Below are positions 52,515-63,038 of a stretch of 64,000 nucleotides of DNA, in pieces. The notes beneath the pieces were generated by a model. It was not told the origin of the DNA and searched no databases. It saw only the letters and a program-made list of their open reading frames with translations. Source of the DNA: an uncultured Gammaproteobacteria bacterium (lineage in GTDB: Bacteria > Patescibacteriota > Patescibacteriia > UBA2196 > GWA2-42-15); assembly GCA_964573135.1 (NCBI GenBank), contig CAZNIO010000002.1, positions 2,535 through 66,534 on the forward strand, in the 5' to 3' direction. A program made the position numbers and the translations under genes. The first letter of the stretch is position 1. Every line of letters starts with the position of its first letter.

Positions 52515-52558
52515 CGATATTCTTGGCTTTCGGCGCATGCCAATGACTCGGAATATCG
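52515..52558 (+). promoter_or_regulatory. Candidate rpsO (S15) autoregulatory leader
   Basis: CGATATTC/GAATATCG stem enclosing TTGGC/GCCAA, just upstream of rpsO. Confidence 0.5.
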
Positions 52559-52571
52559 CAACAAGGAATAT

Positions 52572-52928
52572 ATGATAGATAAAAAGAAAAAACAAGCCGT
52601 TATCAACAAATATAAGACACATGACGGCGACACTGGCTCAACGCAAGTCCAAATAGCTATCCTCACCGAGGAAATCAAGGAGTTAACAGAACATCTAAAG
52701 AAGCACAAAAAAGATTTCTCTTCTCGCCGTGGATTATTGCGCAAAGTTAACCTACGCAGAAAACTCTTAAAATATTTAGAAAAAGAAGAACTAAGCGCCT
52801 ATGAGGACTTAATGGGAAAACTCAAAATTAAGAAAAAATCTTTTATCAAAAGGGTTGAAATCGATGATGAAAGGTATGTTCCACAAGACCAGAAAAAAAA
52901 CGAGAAGCCAAAAGATACTTCCAAATAA
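52572..52928 (+). CDS. rpsO: 30S ribosomal protein S15 with a C-terminal extension
   Basis: DTGSTQVQIAILT, HKKDFSSRRGLL. Confidence 0.96.
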   Translation: MIDKKKKQAVINKYKTHDGDTGSTQVQIAILTEEIKELTEHLKKHKKDFSSRRGLLRKVNLRRKLLKYLEKEELSAYEDLMGKLKIKKKSFIKRVEIDDERYVPQDQKKNEKPKDTSK

Positions 52929-52976
52929 TTAACAAACCCCCATTTGAAATGGGGGCTTTGTAAACTTAATAATTAA

Positions 52977-53041
52977 TTTGACCCTCAAACACACAGGCAT
53001 CTTCGTGAATAAATTCGCGACCTGCAGTTTGATGGTCAAAA
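52977..53041 (+). promoter_or_regulatory. Long hairpin in the pnp leader
   Basis: TTTGACC/GGTCAAA, TCAAAC/GTTTGA, CAGG/CCTG, TCGTGAA/TTCGCGA. Confidence 0.55.
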
Positions 53042-53053
53042 AAGGTTAAACAA

Positions 53054-55297
53054 ATGACCACAAATACTCAGAAGTTCTCCACCCAAATCGGCGGTAAAGA
53101 ACTTACTATTGAGACTGGCAAACTTGCCAGTCAAGCCAACGGTGCTTGCACCGTCCAATATGGAGACACCGTAGTGCTTGCTACGGCTTGTTTAAGTTCT
53201 TCCATTAGAGAAGGTATTGACTATTTCCCTCTAATGGTTGACTTTGACGAAAAACTTTATGCTGCTGGAAAAATTAAGGGCTCTCGTTTTATAAAACGAG
53301 AAGGTCGTCCAGCAGACGAGGCCATTCTTTCCGGCCGTATTATCGACCGCTCAATTAGGCCTCTTTTTCCGCCAAGCATTAAAAATGATGTACAGGTTGT
53401 CAGCTCTGTGCTTTCTTTTGATAACGAAAACGATGCTGATGTTATTGGCCTTATCGCTGCTTCATGCGCTCTCTCTATTTCAGACATTCCTTTTGACGGC
53501 CCTATCGCCGCTGTCAGAGTCGGACAAATTAATGACGAGTGGGTATTAAATCCATCCTATGAAGCCAGACAGAAAAGCAATCTTGATCTTTTTGTGGCAG
53601 CTAATAAAGAAAAGGTCATTATGATCGAAGCTGGTGGTAATGAAGTCGATGAACAAACTATTTTTGACGCCATTAAATTTGGTCAAAAACATATTAATAA
53701 AATAATTACTCTCATCGAGGAAGTAATTACCAAAGCAGCCAAGGAAAAAATATCAGTTAATCCAGAATTAACCGAGGAAGAAAAAACTACTCAAGAAAAA
53801 GTTCACTCCAAAGTTAATCAATTCATGACTGAGGAAAAAATTACCAATATTTTTAACTACCAACACAAAGAAGAATTCAAAAAAAATATTGAAAAAGCCA
53901 AAGAAGAATTAGACGCCATGCTTAAAGAAGATAATGAAATATCAAAAGAAGAGCGCAAGCAAGGAATCTCTTTAGCTGATGATTTTATTGATAAAAAAAT
54001 GAGACAAATTATTCTTGAAAAAGAAGAGCGTCCTGACAAAAGAGGATTGGATGATGTGCGCGCCCTAAGTGCGGAAATAGGAGTATTACCCAGAACTCAT
54101 GGCACTGGTCTCTTTAAAAGAGGTGAAACACAGGTTCTTTCAGTCGTTACTCTGGGTGCACCTTCTGATGAACAAACTCTTGATACCATGGAAGAATCCG
54201 GTAAAAAAAGATATATGCACCACTATAACTTCCCTGCCTTCTCTGTCGGCGAAACAGCTCCCATGAGAGGTCCTGGCCGTCGTGATATTGGTCACGGAGC
54301 ATTAGCTGAAAAAGCTCTTATGCCAGTACTACCAAGTAAAGAAGACTTCCCATATACCATTCGCGTAGTTTCAGAGGTTCTCTCTTCTAACGGCTCTTCT
54401 TCCCAAGCTTCGGCCTGTGGGTCATCTTTGTCCCTAATGGACGCTGGTGTGCCCATTAAGCGCGCTGTAGCAGGTATTGCCATGGGCCTTATCGTTGATG
54501 ACAACAATCCAGACAACTATAAAATATTAACTGACATCCAAGGACTAGAAGATCACTCCGGCGACATGGATTTTAAAGTGGCTGGTACCAGCCAGGGCAT
54601 AACCGCTATTCAAATGGATACTAAGACCAAAGGATTAAATGACAACGTAATCAAAGACGCTTTAGCTAAGGCTAAACAAGCCAGACTAAAAATCCTTGAA
54701 GTCATGAATGCTACCATCAAAGAACCTAATAAGGAAATGTCTCCTTATGCTCCACGCATTACCTCAATAAAAATCAACCCAGATAAAATTAGAGATGTCA
54801 TTGGCCCTGGTGGTAAAATGATTAATAAAATAATAGATGAAACTGGCGTGGCTATAGACATAGAAGACGATGGCACAGTAATGATAACTGCTGGTCCAGG
54901 TAGTGATTCCAAAAAAGCCCAAGAGTGGATCGAGATGCTCACCGCTGAAGCAGAGGTTGGCAAAACATATAAAGGTAAAGTTACCCGTATGTTTGAATTT
55001 GGCGCTATGGTAGAATTTCTACCTAAACAAGAAGGTTTAGTCCATGTATCTGAAATGGCACCTTTCCGAGTTAATACTCCAGAAGATATTGTTAAAATAG
55101 GGGACGAAGTTCCAGTCAAGGTGGTTGGCGTTGATGAACAAGATAGAGTAAACCTTTCCCTTAAACAAACCGACTTTGACTTTTCAAATTTTAAACCACC
55201 CGTTATGCAACCATCAAAACCTTTTGGCAGTAGAGGTGGTGGAAATAACGGAAAATTTAACTCAAGAAACAGTAATCCCAGAAAACCCAGATTCTAA
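53054..55297 (+). CDS. pnp: Polyribonucleotide nucleotidyltransferase
   Basis: RIIDRSIRPLF, HHYNFP, SNGSSS, GDMDFKVAGT, KH and S1 domains. Confidence 0.98.
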   Translation: MTTNTQKFSTQIGGKELTIETGKLASQANGACTVQYGDTVVLATACLSSSIREGIDYFPLMVDFDEKLYAAGKIKGSRFIKREGRPADEAILSGRIIDRSIRPLFPPSIKNDVQVVSSVLSFDNENDADVIGLIAASCALSISDIPFDGPIAAVRVGQINDEWVLNPSYEARQKSNLDLFVAANKEKVIMIEAGGNEVDEQTIFDAIKFGQKHINKIITLIEEVITKAAKEKISVNPELTEEEKTTQEKVHSKVNQFMTEEKITNIFNYQHKEEFKKNIEKAKEELDAMLKEDNEISKEERKQGISLADDFIDKKMRQIILEKEERPDKRGLDDVRALSAEIGVLPRTHGTGLFKRGETQVLSVVTLGAPSDEQTLDTMEESGKKRYMHHYNFPAFSVGETAPMRGPGRRDIGHGALAEKALMPVLPSKEDFPYTIRVVSEVLSSNGSSSQASACGSSLSLMDAGVPIKRAVAGIAMGLIVDDNNPDNYKILTDIQGLEDHSGDMDFKVAGTSQGITAIQMDTKTKGLNDNVIKDALAKAKQARLKILEVMNATIKEPNKEMSPYAPRITSIKINPDKIRDVIGPGGKMINKIIDETGVAIDIEDDGTVMITAGPGSDSKKAQEWIEMLTAEAEVGKTYKGKVTRMFEFGAMVEFLPKQEGLVHVSEMAPFRVNTPEDIVKIGDEVPVKVVGVDEQDRVNLSLKQTDFDFSNFKPPVMQPSKPFGSRGGGNNGKFNSRNSNPRKPRF

Positions 55298-55324
55298 TTA
55301 ACCAACGAAAAACAGCCCAAGTAA

Positions 55325-56011
55325 TTAACCTGAGCTGTTTTTTAATTCTTTTAGTCTCAGAATTCTAGCGACAATATATTCTGCCGCCTCCCTTTTATCT
55401 GGAATCGAAACAATAAAAGGCTTACCAATAATTATATCTATTTTCTTAAATGGATTAAATAGATATTTAAGAAAATTAACCATCCCGTTCTGTACTGATG
55501 ATTTCACCAATACGGGGATAATCGGTTTCTGAGTTTCAAGGGCAAGACGTGCTGCACCTGTCCCAAGAGATCCACTCTTAAAATTCTTTAAAAAACTGGT
55601 CATATAAAGAACCACTGGATAACCCTCATCTAAATATTTCACAGCCTCCTTATACCAACGCCATTTTTCATTTTTCTCTCTTATTAAAAAATTAAATTTT
55701 TTAATAAATTGATTACCACACAAAAAATCAACAACTGTGGGTAGCCAATAAATTATTAAAAAATAAAATCCTCGGGTACCAAGACCCCTCCTAAGTATGT
55801 TAAAAACCAACATAGTTTCCATAACATCGCTATGAGGGTGAATTGCATAAACATATCCGCCTCTCTTTATATTCTTCGTCCCTATAACTCGTACTTTAAG
55901 AAAAAAAATAACCTCAATTAGATTCAATAAAAAATCCCCATTCACTCTTCCAGCTATTTTTTTAATTTTTCTTAAAATTTTTTTTGCCTTTTCCAATGGG
56001 TCTCTTTTCAT
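55325..56011 (-). CDS. Lysophospholipid acyltransferase-like protein
   Basis: H.DVME-type motif, GAARLALETQKPIIPV, IIIGKP. Confidence 0.65.
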   Translation of the reverse strand: MKRDPLEKAKKILRKIKKIAGRVNGDFLLNLIEVIFFLKVRVIGTKNIKRGGYVYAIHPHSDVMETMLVFNILRRGLGTRGFYFLIIYWLPTVVDFLCGNQFIKKFNFLIREKNEKWRWYKEAVKYLDEGYPVVLYMTSFLKNFKSGSLGTGAARLALETQKPIIPVLVKSSVQNGMVNFLKYLFNPFKKIDIIIGKPFIVSIPDKREAAEYIVARILRLKELKNSSG

Positions 56012-56065
56012 CTTCTCTCCCTCTCTATTTTTTGTTTTATTTAATTATTTTGTTAATATATAGAT

Positions 56066-57592
56066 ATGTACCGCCAATTATTCATCATCCTATTCCTACT
56101 CATTATTCTCGGGGGCTTAGTTATTTTTATCAAAAATCAATCTATAAATCAACTAACAAATAATATGTCTCCATCACAAGACAACAACCAAATAATCCGT
56201 CAACCTACGGTTGCTGGACAATTCTATCCAGATAACCAAAAAGATCTTAATCAAATGATTGATCAATTTTTTAATAACACATCAAATAAAAAAACGAACA
56301 AACCCCATATACTCATCCTCCCCCACGCTGGTTATGTTTTCTCCGGTCAAACGGCCAGCCATGGTTTTAAAACTCTTCAAAATCATTCATATAACACAGT
56401 TATCATCCTTGGCTCAAGTCACAACCTCCCCATCACCAACCTTGCTCTATACAGTGGAGACATAATTAAAACCCCTCTTGGTAATGTGCCAGTTAATAAA
56501 GAATTAATAAAAAAACTAACACAAAATAATAATATATCAATTAATAACGACCCCCACATAGAAGAACACTCACTTGAGGTCCAGATTCCTTTTCTTCAAA
56601 AAATATTAACCAACGACTGGCAAGTTGTTCTGGGATTAATTAATAACCATGATCCACAAACCCTTGAATCAATATCGCAAACAATTCAACAAAACACAGA
56701 TGACAATACTCTAATTATTGCCAGCTCTGATCTGTCTCATTATCCCACATATAATGACGCTGTTTATAGTGATAATAAAATAATTAAAGCCATTCTAACC
56801 AAAAACGCTTCCCAACTAGAAAATACAACTAAATCAATCATCCAAGAAAACCTTCCTGGCCTTGATACCTGTGCTTGCGGAGCAAGTGCCATTAAAATAG
56901 CCATGCATTTAGCTAATAATTTAAACTTAACCGGCCAACTATTAGACTCTACAAACTCAGGTGACACCCAATTTGGCGATAAAGACAAAGTGGTTGGCTA
57001 CGCCTCTATTCTCTTTACTAAAAATCAACTAAAATATTTGAATCAACAAGAAAAACAAACAGCTCTTCAACTCGCACGTAATACTTTAGAGCAAGAATTT
57101 AAATTAACTCAAAAAAAATTTAAAGAATATAATAACTACCCTATCTTTTCTGAAAAACGAGGGGTCTTTGTTACTCTAAACATCAACCATCAACTACGTG
57201 GTTGTATTGGACTCATAGAATCGGTCCAAGCGCTCGGTCCAGGCATCATCGAAATAACTAAATCCGCTGCTTTCAATGACCCTCGCTTTCAACCACTCTC
57301 ACAAAAAGAGCTTGAAGATGTAGTCATTGAAATTTCTGTTTTAACCCCTCCCCAACCAATAAACAATATTTCTAAAATAGAGCTGGGCAAACACGGGGTA
57401 ATTATTAAAAAAGGATTAAGCTCTGGAGTTTTTCTACCCCAAGTGGCCACAGACACCAACTGGAGCTTAGAAGAATTTTTAAACCACCTTTGCCAAGATA
57501 AAACAGGCCTTCCCTCTAACTGTTACCAAGACCCAGACGTTAAAATCTATACCTTTGAGGCTCAGGTTTTTGAAGAAAAAACCAACCACTAA
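56066..57592 (+). CDS. amrB: AmmeMemoRadiSam protein B (MEMO) fused to protein A (AMMECR1), with an N-terminal TM anchor
   Basis: RQPTVAGQFYP, PHAGYVFSG, EHSLEVQIPFLQ, SSDLSHY, VVGYA; GVFVTL..LRGCIG, DPRF, EISVL, FLPQVA. Confidence 0.9.
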   Translation: MYRQLFIILFLLIILGGLVIFIKNQSINQLTNNMSPSQDNNQIIRQPTVAGQFYPDNQKDLNQMIDQFFNNTSNKKTNKPHILILPHAGYVFSGQTASHGFKTLQNHSYNTVIILGSSHNLPITNLALYSGDIIKTPLGNVPVNKELIKKLTQNNNISINNDPHIEEHSLEVQIPFLQKILTNDWQVVLGLINNHDPQTLESISQTIQQNTDDNTLIIASSDLSHYPTYNDAVYSDNKIIKAILTKNASQLENTTKSIIQENLPGLDTCACGASAIKIAMHLANNLNLTGQLLDSTNSGDTQFGDKDKVVGYASILFTKNQLKYLNQQEKQTALQLARNTLEQEFKLTQKKFKEYNNYPIFSEKRGVFVTLNINHQLRGCIGLIESVQALGPGIIEITKSAAFNDPRFQPLSQKELEDVVIEISVLTPPQPINNISKIELGKHGVIIKKGLSSGVFLPQVATDTNWSLEEFLNHLCQDKTGLPSNCYQDPDVKIYTFEAQVFEEKTNH

Positions 57593-57719
57593 AAAACCAT
57601 TTTATTTGACTTTTGTCTTAATCCATGCTATACTAACACTAGAAGTTAAGGTCTTAGTTCTTCCCATATAAGGGAAGTTTTTTAATACCTTAATATTATT
57701 TTGACCAATACCATTTTAT

Positions 57720-58244
57720 ATGTTTTTTAATGATTCTTTCCTGGAATTAGCCAAAAAAATAATCTTCGTGGTTTGTCTTCTTTTTACTGTGCACATGATA
57801 TGTCCTCAGTTTGTTATAGCCACAGAAAATATAGATATAAATCACGGGCAAGGTCCTGCCGATCTCGCCTTCGTTAATCATCCAGATAATCCAGACCCTC
57901 CCCCGCAAGAACCCCAAATTACCTCCACCCTTCCCCAAAACGAAGACTTGCCATATTACACTATGTATACCACTGCCACGGCATACTCCTCAACAGTAGA
58001 TCAATGTGATGACGATCCATTTACCGCAGCTTGGGGTAAACACGTTTACTGGGGTATGATAGCCTCAAACTATTTCCCCCGTGGAACAAAAATTCAAATA
58101 CCAGAATACTTTGGCAATAAAATGTTTTCCATTGAAGACACTATGAATAAACGATATTACAATCGTATTGATATCTGGATGCCAGACAGGCAGCCCGCCA
58201 AAGAGTGGGGAGTAAAATATGTTCAAATAAGAGTGTTTAAATAA
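57720..58244 (+). CDS. 3D-domain protein
   Basis: TAYSST..QCDDDPFTAA, PRGTKI, EDTMN, RIDIW. Confidence 0.85.
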   Translation: MFFNDSFLELAKKIIFVVCLLFTVHMICPQFVIATENIDINHGQGPADLAFVNHPDNPDPPPQEPQITSTLPQNEDLPYYTMYTTATAYSSTVDQCDDDPFTAAWGKHVYWGMIASNYFPRGTKIQIPEYFGNKMFSIEDTMNKRYYNRIDIWMPDRQPAKEWGVKYVQIRVFK

Positions 58245-58373
58245 TATAATAACCTATGCACTGATAGTTCATTACAATAGAATATAAAAACAAAAACAAA
58301 AAAGCGCTCCCTATGGGGCGGTTTTTTATTACCAAAAAATTATATAAAATTATTTATTCTATATCCTAAAAAA

Positions 58374-59468
58374 TTACTGTCTTATGGGCATTATCAAATA
58401 TAAATAATCATCATCGCCTACTGGACGCATCACTGCGGGTGTATCAGAAGATGTCACTTCTAAATTAATCTTTCTTGTAGTTATATTCTGCAAACCATCA
58501 AGTAAATACTTATAATTAAAAACAATACTATTCTTATCCCCCGAAACCTGGGCTTCCATACTAGACCTACTCTCACCCAAATTAACATTAGCCGAAGACA
58601 CTTCTATCTTCTTGTTAATATTAATTAATATATCATTAATGCCTGCCTTGGAAAACAAGCTGGCCGCCTTAACCACTTTAATAAATTCATTTCTCTCAAT
58701 TTCAGCCTTTGTTTTATATGACTCGGGTATAATCTGTTTATAATCTGGATAATTACCCTCAATCAATCGAGAAATTATAGTCACACTATCCATTTTAAAC
58801 ACCACCTGATTATCACTAAAGAATAATTTAACATCACCACTTTCTTCAAGTATGCGCACCACCTCTTGTAAAGCCCTAAGCGGTATTATTTTAGTACCAC
58901 CATCTTTAAACTGGCTACTTTTTACACTAATACCTTTTTCCGCCAGCCGATAACTATCTGTGGCCACAAATCTCACGTTTTTATCCCCAAAAACAAACAA
59001 AACACCTGATAATTCCGGTCGGGTATCATCATACGAAGCGCTAAAAACCACTGACGACAAGGCCGCTTTAAGTTCAGCACTACCAATTATCACCCCTTCA
59101 CCACCCTCAACATCCGGCACAATTGGGTATTCTTCAGCTGCTTGACCCCGAATAACCGTCTCCTGCTTATCATCCTTAATTATCAAATCATTCTCCTTGG
59201 TCTCTAATTCTAACTTCTTATTATCCAACAAAGATACATATTCATTAAATAACTTAGCAGCTACAGTAATCTCGCCATCCGCCTCTATCTTGCCACGCAC
59301 CACCGCCTTAATACCCGTATCTAAATTAGTACTAATTAAAACCAACCGACCCTCTTTGGCTCGAATTAATATATTGTTCAAAATTGGTAGGCTAACATTT
59401 TTACCCGCAATATTTGAAACGATCCCCAACCCCTTCTTTAAATTCTCTTGTGTACAAATGACTCTCAT
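58374..59468 (-). CDS. dnaN: DNA polymerase III beta clamp
   Basis: LPILNNIL, VATDSYRLAE, SRLIEGNYPDY, LIMPIR. Confidence 0.97.
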   Translation of the reverse strand: MRVICTQENLKKGLGIVSNIAGKNVSLPILNNILIRAKEGRLVLISTNLDTGIKAVVRGKIEADGEITVAAKLFNEYVSLLDNKKLELETKENDLIIKDDKQETVIRGQAAEEYPIVPDVEGGEGVIIGSAELKAALSSVVFSASYDDTRPELSGVLFVFGDKNVRFVATDSYRLAEKGISVKSSQFKDGGTKIIPLRALQEVVRILEESGDVKLFFSDNQVVFKMDSVTIISRLIEGNYPDYKQIIPESYKTKAEIERNEFIKVVKAASLFSKAGINDILININKKIEVSSANVNLGESRSSMEAQVSGDKNSIVFNYKYLLDGLQNITTRKINLEVTSSDTPAVMRPVGDDDYLYLIMPIRQ

Positions 59469-59750
59469 ATATTAATAGTTTCCTTATACTAAATCTAATT
59501 ATAATAATATACACACTGGATAACCTCGACTTTTATACTTTTTCACTTGTTTTAATTAGCTTTTCTATGTGTATAATATACCCTTAACACATTAATATCT
59601 CCACCCACACCTGTTTCTAAAAAAAGAATAACTTTAACACTCCTTAATAAACCCCGGGATAACTCTTTTCTTATTAACTACCTTTCTACACCCTTGTCCC
59701 AAGCAAACACAGAACTAATTAACAACTCTTTAACTACTTGTTAACACTTT
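59469..59750. other. Likely oriC unwinding region between dnaA and dnaN
   Basis: DnaA-box variants (TGTGTATAA at about 59568, CTGGATAA at about 59516, GGGATAA at about 59656) and an AT-rich TAT-triplet tract next to dnaN. Confidence 0.6.
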
Positions 59751-61124
59751 CTATAGTGTACTATTAAATATCTTCTGTCTCAATAGGGTTATATCCTGTT
59801 TTAATTTCTCATTATCAATAATTCCATTTTTAATTTTAGCATAAGCATGCATTGCTGTGGTATGATCACGCCCGCCCAGCTCATTGCCAATATTTGGAAA
59901 AGAAAATTCAAGCTCTTCTCGTAAAAGGTACATAGTAATTTGTCTTGGATTTACTAATTCTTTTTTACGAGAGGCCCCCACCACGTCATCAATTGCCACT
60001 TCAAAGTATTGAGCCACCGTCGATAAGACTGTTTTTGGAGAAATTGCTCCACGTCTTGGCAGGTTTACTAAACTAGACACAATTCCCTTAATTGACTCCA
60101 TAGTTGGGTCTTGTTTTTGTAAACTATGATGAGCAATAATCCTATTTAATGCTCCCTCAATCTCTCTAATGTTGCTTTGAATAGCCGAAGCTATGAAATT
60201 AACAATTTCATCACTCAGCCCATAGTCCTTTTCCTCTAATTTAGCTTTAATAATAGCCGTTCTTGTCTCTAAATCAGGTTCTCCAACGTCTGCTATCATA
60301 CCGCACTCAAAACGCGACCTCAGGCGATCCTCAAGCGTAGGAATAGCCTTCGGTGGTCTATCAGAGGATATAACAATTTGCTTGTTTTTCTGGAACAATT
60401 CATTAAAAGTATGAAAAAATTGCTCTTGGGTCTGTTCTTTTCCCTCAATAAACTGAATGTCATCCATAATTAATAAATCAACATCCCGATATTTCTCCTG
60501 GAACTCCTTGGTTTTTCCAGTTCTAATTGCATTTACAAAATCATTAGTGAATTTTTCACAAGTTGTATATAGTATTTTGGGATTATCTTTTTTTGACAGC
60601 ATTGCATGCCCCACCGCCTGTAATAAATGAGTTTTACCCAAACCAACCCCGCCATATAGGAATAATGGATTATAAATAACCCCGGGCTTGTCTCCAACCG
60701 CTTGAGCAGCAGCATGTGCTAGTTCATTGTTTTTACCAACAATAAATTTCTCAAAAGTATATTTAGGATTTAATCCAAGTGGATTCGCTGTTTGAACAAA
60801 AACCATTGCCTCATCATCTCTTGCTGTTTCTTCACCAGTAGCTTCCGTTTTTTTGGCTAATATTGGGTCATCTTTCCTTGTCTCTATCTTATATATAACA
60901 TCCTTAATTCTATTCTCTGTAATTTTCTTTAATGTTTTTATAATCAACTCATGATATTTTTTTTCAAACCAAGCTTGAGTAAATAAATTAGGTACACCAA
61001 TAATAATCTGATCATTTTCTTCAGCCACAATAAAAGTATATTGAAACCATGTTACAAAGCTGGCCTTAGATAAAGACAACTCTAGCTCACCTAATACTGC
61101 CTGCCATAGTTCATCCTTGGTCAT
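59751..61124 (-). CDS. dnaA: Chromosomal replication initiator DnaA
   Basis: YNPLFLYGGVGLGKTHL, DDIQF, GGRDHTT. Confidence 0.98.
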   Translation of the reverse strand: MTKDELWQAVLGELELSLSKASFVTWFQYTFIVAEENDQIIIGVPNLFTQAWFEKKYHELIIKTLKKITENRIKDVIYKIETRKDDPILAKKTEATGEETARDDEAMVFVQTANPLGLNPKYTFEKFIVGKNNELAHAAAQAVGDKPGVIYNPLFLYGGVGLGKTHLLQAVGHAMLSKKDNPKILYTTCEKFTNDFVNAIRTGKTKEFQEKYRDVDLLIMDDIQFIEGKEQTQEQFFHTFNELFQKNKQIVISSDRPPKAIPTLEDRLRSRFECGMIADVGEPDLETRTAIIKAKLEEKDYGLSDEIVNFIASAIQSNIREIEGALNRIIAHHSLQKQDPTMESIKGIVSSLVNLPRRGAISPKTVLSTVAQYFEVAIDDVVGASRKKELVNPRQITMYLLREELEFSFPNIGNELGGRDHTTAMHAYAKIKNGIIDNEKLKQDITLLRQKIFNSTL

Positions 61125-61231
61125 AAAAATTACATATTTAAATCAAATAATCTAAGTCTAAATATATCATACAAAGACAAGATACACAACAAAACCCAAT
61201 AAAAATTGGGTTAAATTGAAAATTAATAAAA

Positions 61232-61275
61232 GAATGTGTATAACTAGTGGATATTTACGTGTATATGTTGATAAT
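61232..61275. promoter_or_regulatory. DnaA-box cluster upstream of dnaA
   Basis: TGTGTATAA, AGTGGATAT, CGTGTATAT and TGTTGATAA in tandem. Confidence 0.55.
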
Positions 61276-61366
61276 AAATTAACTAACCTTAAGGACCATC
61301 CCTTGTTTTATACGTATTTTTATGCTATTTTAAAATTAATCTAATTTAATATTAATTTTTAAATAC

Positions 61367-61507
61367 ATGCCGAAAAGAACATACCAACCCAAAAACAGGA
61401 AAAGAGCTAAAACCCATGGTTTTAGGTCGCGCATGAAAACCAAATCAGGTCAAAAAACAATAACCAGTCGCAGAAGAAAAAAAAGAGCCAATCTGTCAGT
61501 TGTTTAA
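61367..61507 (+). CDS. rpmH: 50S ribosomal protein L34 (not in the ORF track)
   Basis: [28 protein letters not shown]...[12 protein letters not shown]. Confidence 0.97.
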   Translation: MPKRTYQPKNRKRAKTHGFRSRMKTKSGQKTITSRRRKKRANLSVV

Positions 61508-61536
61508 TTTTTTTATTTTTTTGAGCTTTTAAGCCA

Positions 61537-61884
61537 ATGTTAGCAAAAGAATATCGATTATCTAAAGACAAAGATTTTCAGAATGTCTATAAAAAAGGCC
61601 ATATTTTATATAGCCTTTTTTTTAATCTTAAGTTTTTACCCAATAACCCTAAAAGCTCACGTTTCGGTATAGTAATTTCCACCAAGATTAGCAAAAAAGC
61701 CGTTGTGCGCAATAAAAGCAAGAGACAGATTAGAGAAGCTATACATAAAAATATAGATAATATTAATAAGGGTTTTGATGTGGTAATTTTAACTAAACCA
61801 GCCATTACCACGGCTAATCAAGAAAAAATAGAGCAAACCCTCATTTTTTTATTAGAAAAAGCTAAAATTTATCAAGGTAATTAA
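61537..61884 (+). CDS. rnpA: Ribonuclease P protein component
   Basis: RL...DFQ.VY..G, RFGIVISTK, KAVVRNKSKRQIRE. Confidence 0.95.
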   Translation: MLAKEYRLSKDKDFQNVYKKGHILYSLFFNLKFLPNNPKSSRFGIVISTKISKKAVVRNKSKRQIREAIHKNIDNINKGFDVVILTKPAITTANQEKIEQTLIFLLEKAKIYQGN

Positions 61885-61981
61885 TCTTATATTAGCCAAA
61901 AATAGCCCCAAAAAGCTATTTTTTTGTATTTAATTCTAAATTGATTTATTAAAACTCTTCTGTTACAATTAAACCAATCTT

Positions 61982-62239
61982 ATGTGGAGCATTTTAAAAA
62001 TCACCCCAAAAATTACCATTCTTTTTTTTATCAAATTTTATCAAAAAACCTTATCTTTGGACCACGGGCCATTTAAGTTTTTAAAACCCTTTGGTCAGTG
62101 TAAATACCGCCCTACCTGCTCAGATTATGCTTATCAGGCAGTTAGTCGCTACGGAGCCATTAAAGGCGGAATACTGGCCACTAAAAGGCTATTTAAATGC
62201 AACCCTCTGTCTAAAGGAGGCTTTGATCCATTAAAATAA
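61982..62239 (+). CDS. yidD: Membrane protein insertion efficiency factor YidD
   Basis: CKYRPTCSDY..QAV..YG..KG, CNP..KGGFDP. Confidence 0.93.
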   Translation: MWSILKITPKITILFFIKFYQKTLSLDHGPFKFLKPFGQCKYRPTCSDYAYQAVSRYGAIKGGILATKRLFKCNPLSKGGFDPLK

Positions 62240-62243
62240 TATT

Positions 62244-63035
62244 ATGATTGAAATATATAATACTCTCTTGTTTCACCCACTTTTTAATCTCCTTGTTTTT
62301 TTATACAACACAGCCTCTTTTCACGATATTGGAATTGCCATTATTTTAGTTACCTTGATTATAAAAATAATTCTCTATCCCTTATCAGTTAAATCCATTA
62401 AAGGCCAAAAAGCCCTACAAGAACTTCAGCCCAAAATGGAGGAGATTAAAAGAAAGTATAAAAATAATAAAGAACAGCTTGGTCGCGCCATGATGGAGCT
62501 CTATAAAAAAGAAAAGATATCTCCCATGTCTTCATGCCTACCTCTTTTAATCCAATTCCCATTCCTTATCGCCGTCTACCATGTTTTTCGCGCTGGCTTT
62601 AAACCGGAGAGCCTTGATATGCTTTATACTTTTGTGAATAATCCTGGTACTATCGACCCCATCGCTTTCGGATTCTTAAATCTTGCAGATAAAAACATTG
62701 TTTTAGCGATTCTGGCTGGCGCTGCTCAGTTCTGGTCAAGTAAAATGCTTATCTCTAAAAAGCAACCCAAAGTACCTGGTGCCAAAGATGAAGGCATGTC
62801 TGCCATGATGAATAAACAAATGCTCTATTTTATGCCGGCTATCACTATTTTCATCGGCGCCGGCTTACCTGGCGGTTTAACCTTCTATTGGTTTTTAACT
62901 ACCCTGCTAACGGCCTTCCAGCAATTATATATCTTTAAAAAACATGGAGGGGATGATAAAACTACGCAAGCCCCAGCTGACACCAAGCCTGTACACGTTG
63001 AAGAAACCAAAAAAATTGAGCAAGAGAATAAATAG
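62244..63035 (+). CDS. yidC: Membrane protein insertase YidC/Oxa1
   Basis: GIAIILVT..IKIILYPL, LQPK..EIK, SCLPLLIQFP, GLTFYW. Confidence 0.93.
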   Translation: MIEIYNTLLFHPLFNLLVFLYNTASFHDIGIAIILVTLIIKIILYPLSVKSIKGQKALQELQPKMEEIKRKYKNNKEQLGRAMMELYKKEKISPMSSCLPLLIQFPFLIAVYHVFRAGFKPESLDMLYTFVNNPGTIDPIAFGFLNLADKNIVLAILAGAAQFWSSKMLISKKQPKVPGAKDEGMSAMMNKQMLYFMPAITIFIGAGLPGGLTFYWFLTTLLTAFQQLYIFKKHGGDDKTTQAPADTKPVHVEETKKIEQENK

Positions 63036-63038
63036 TTT

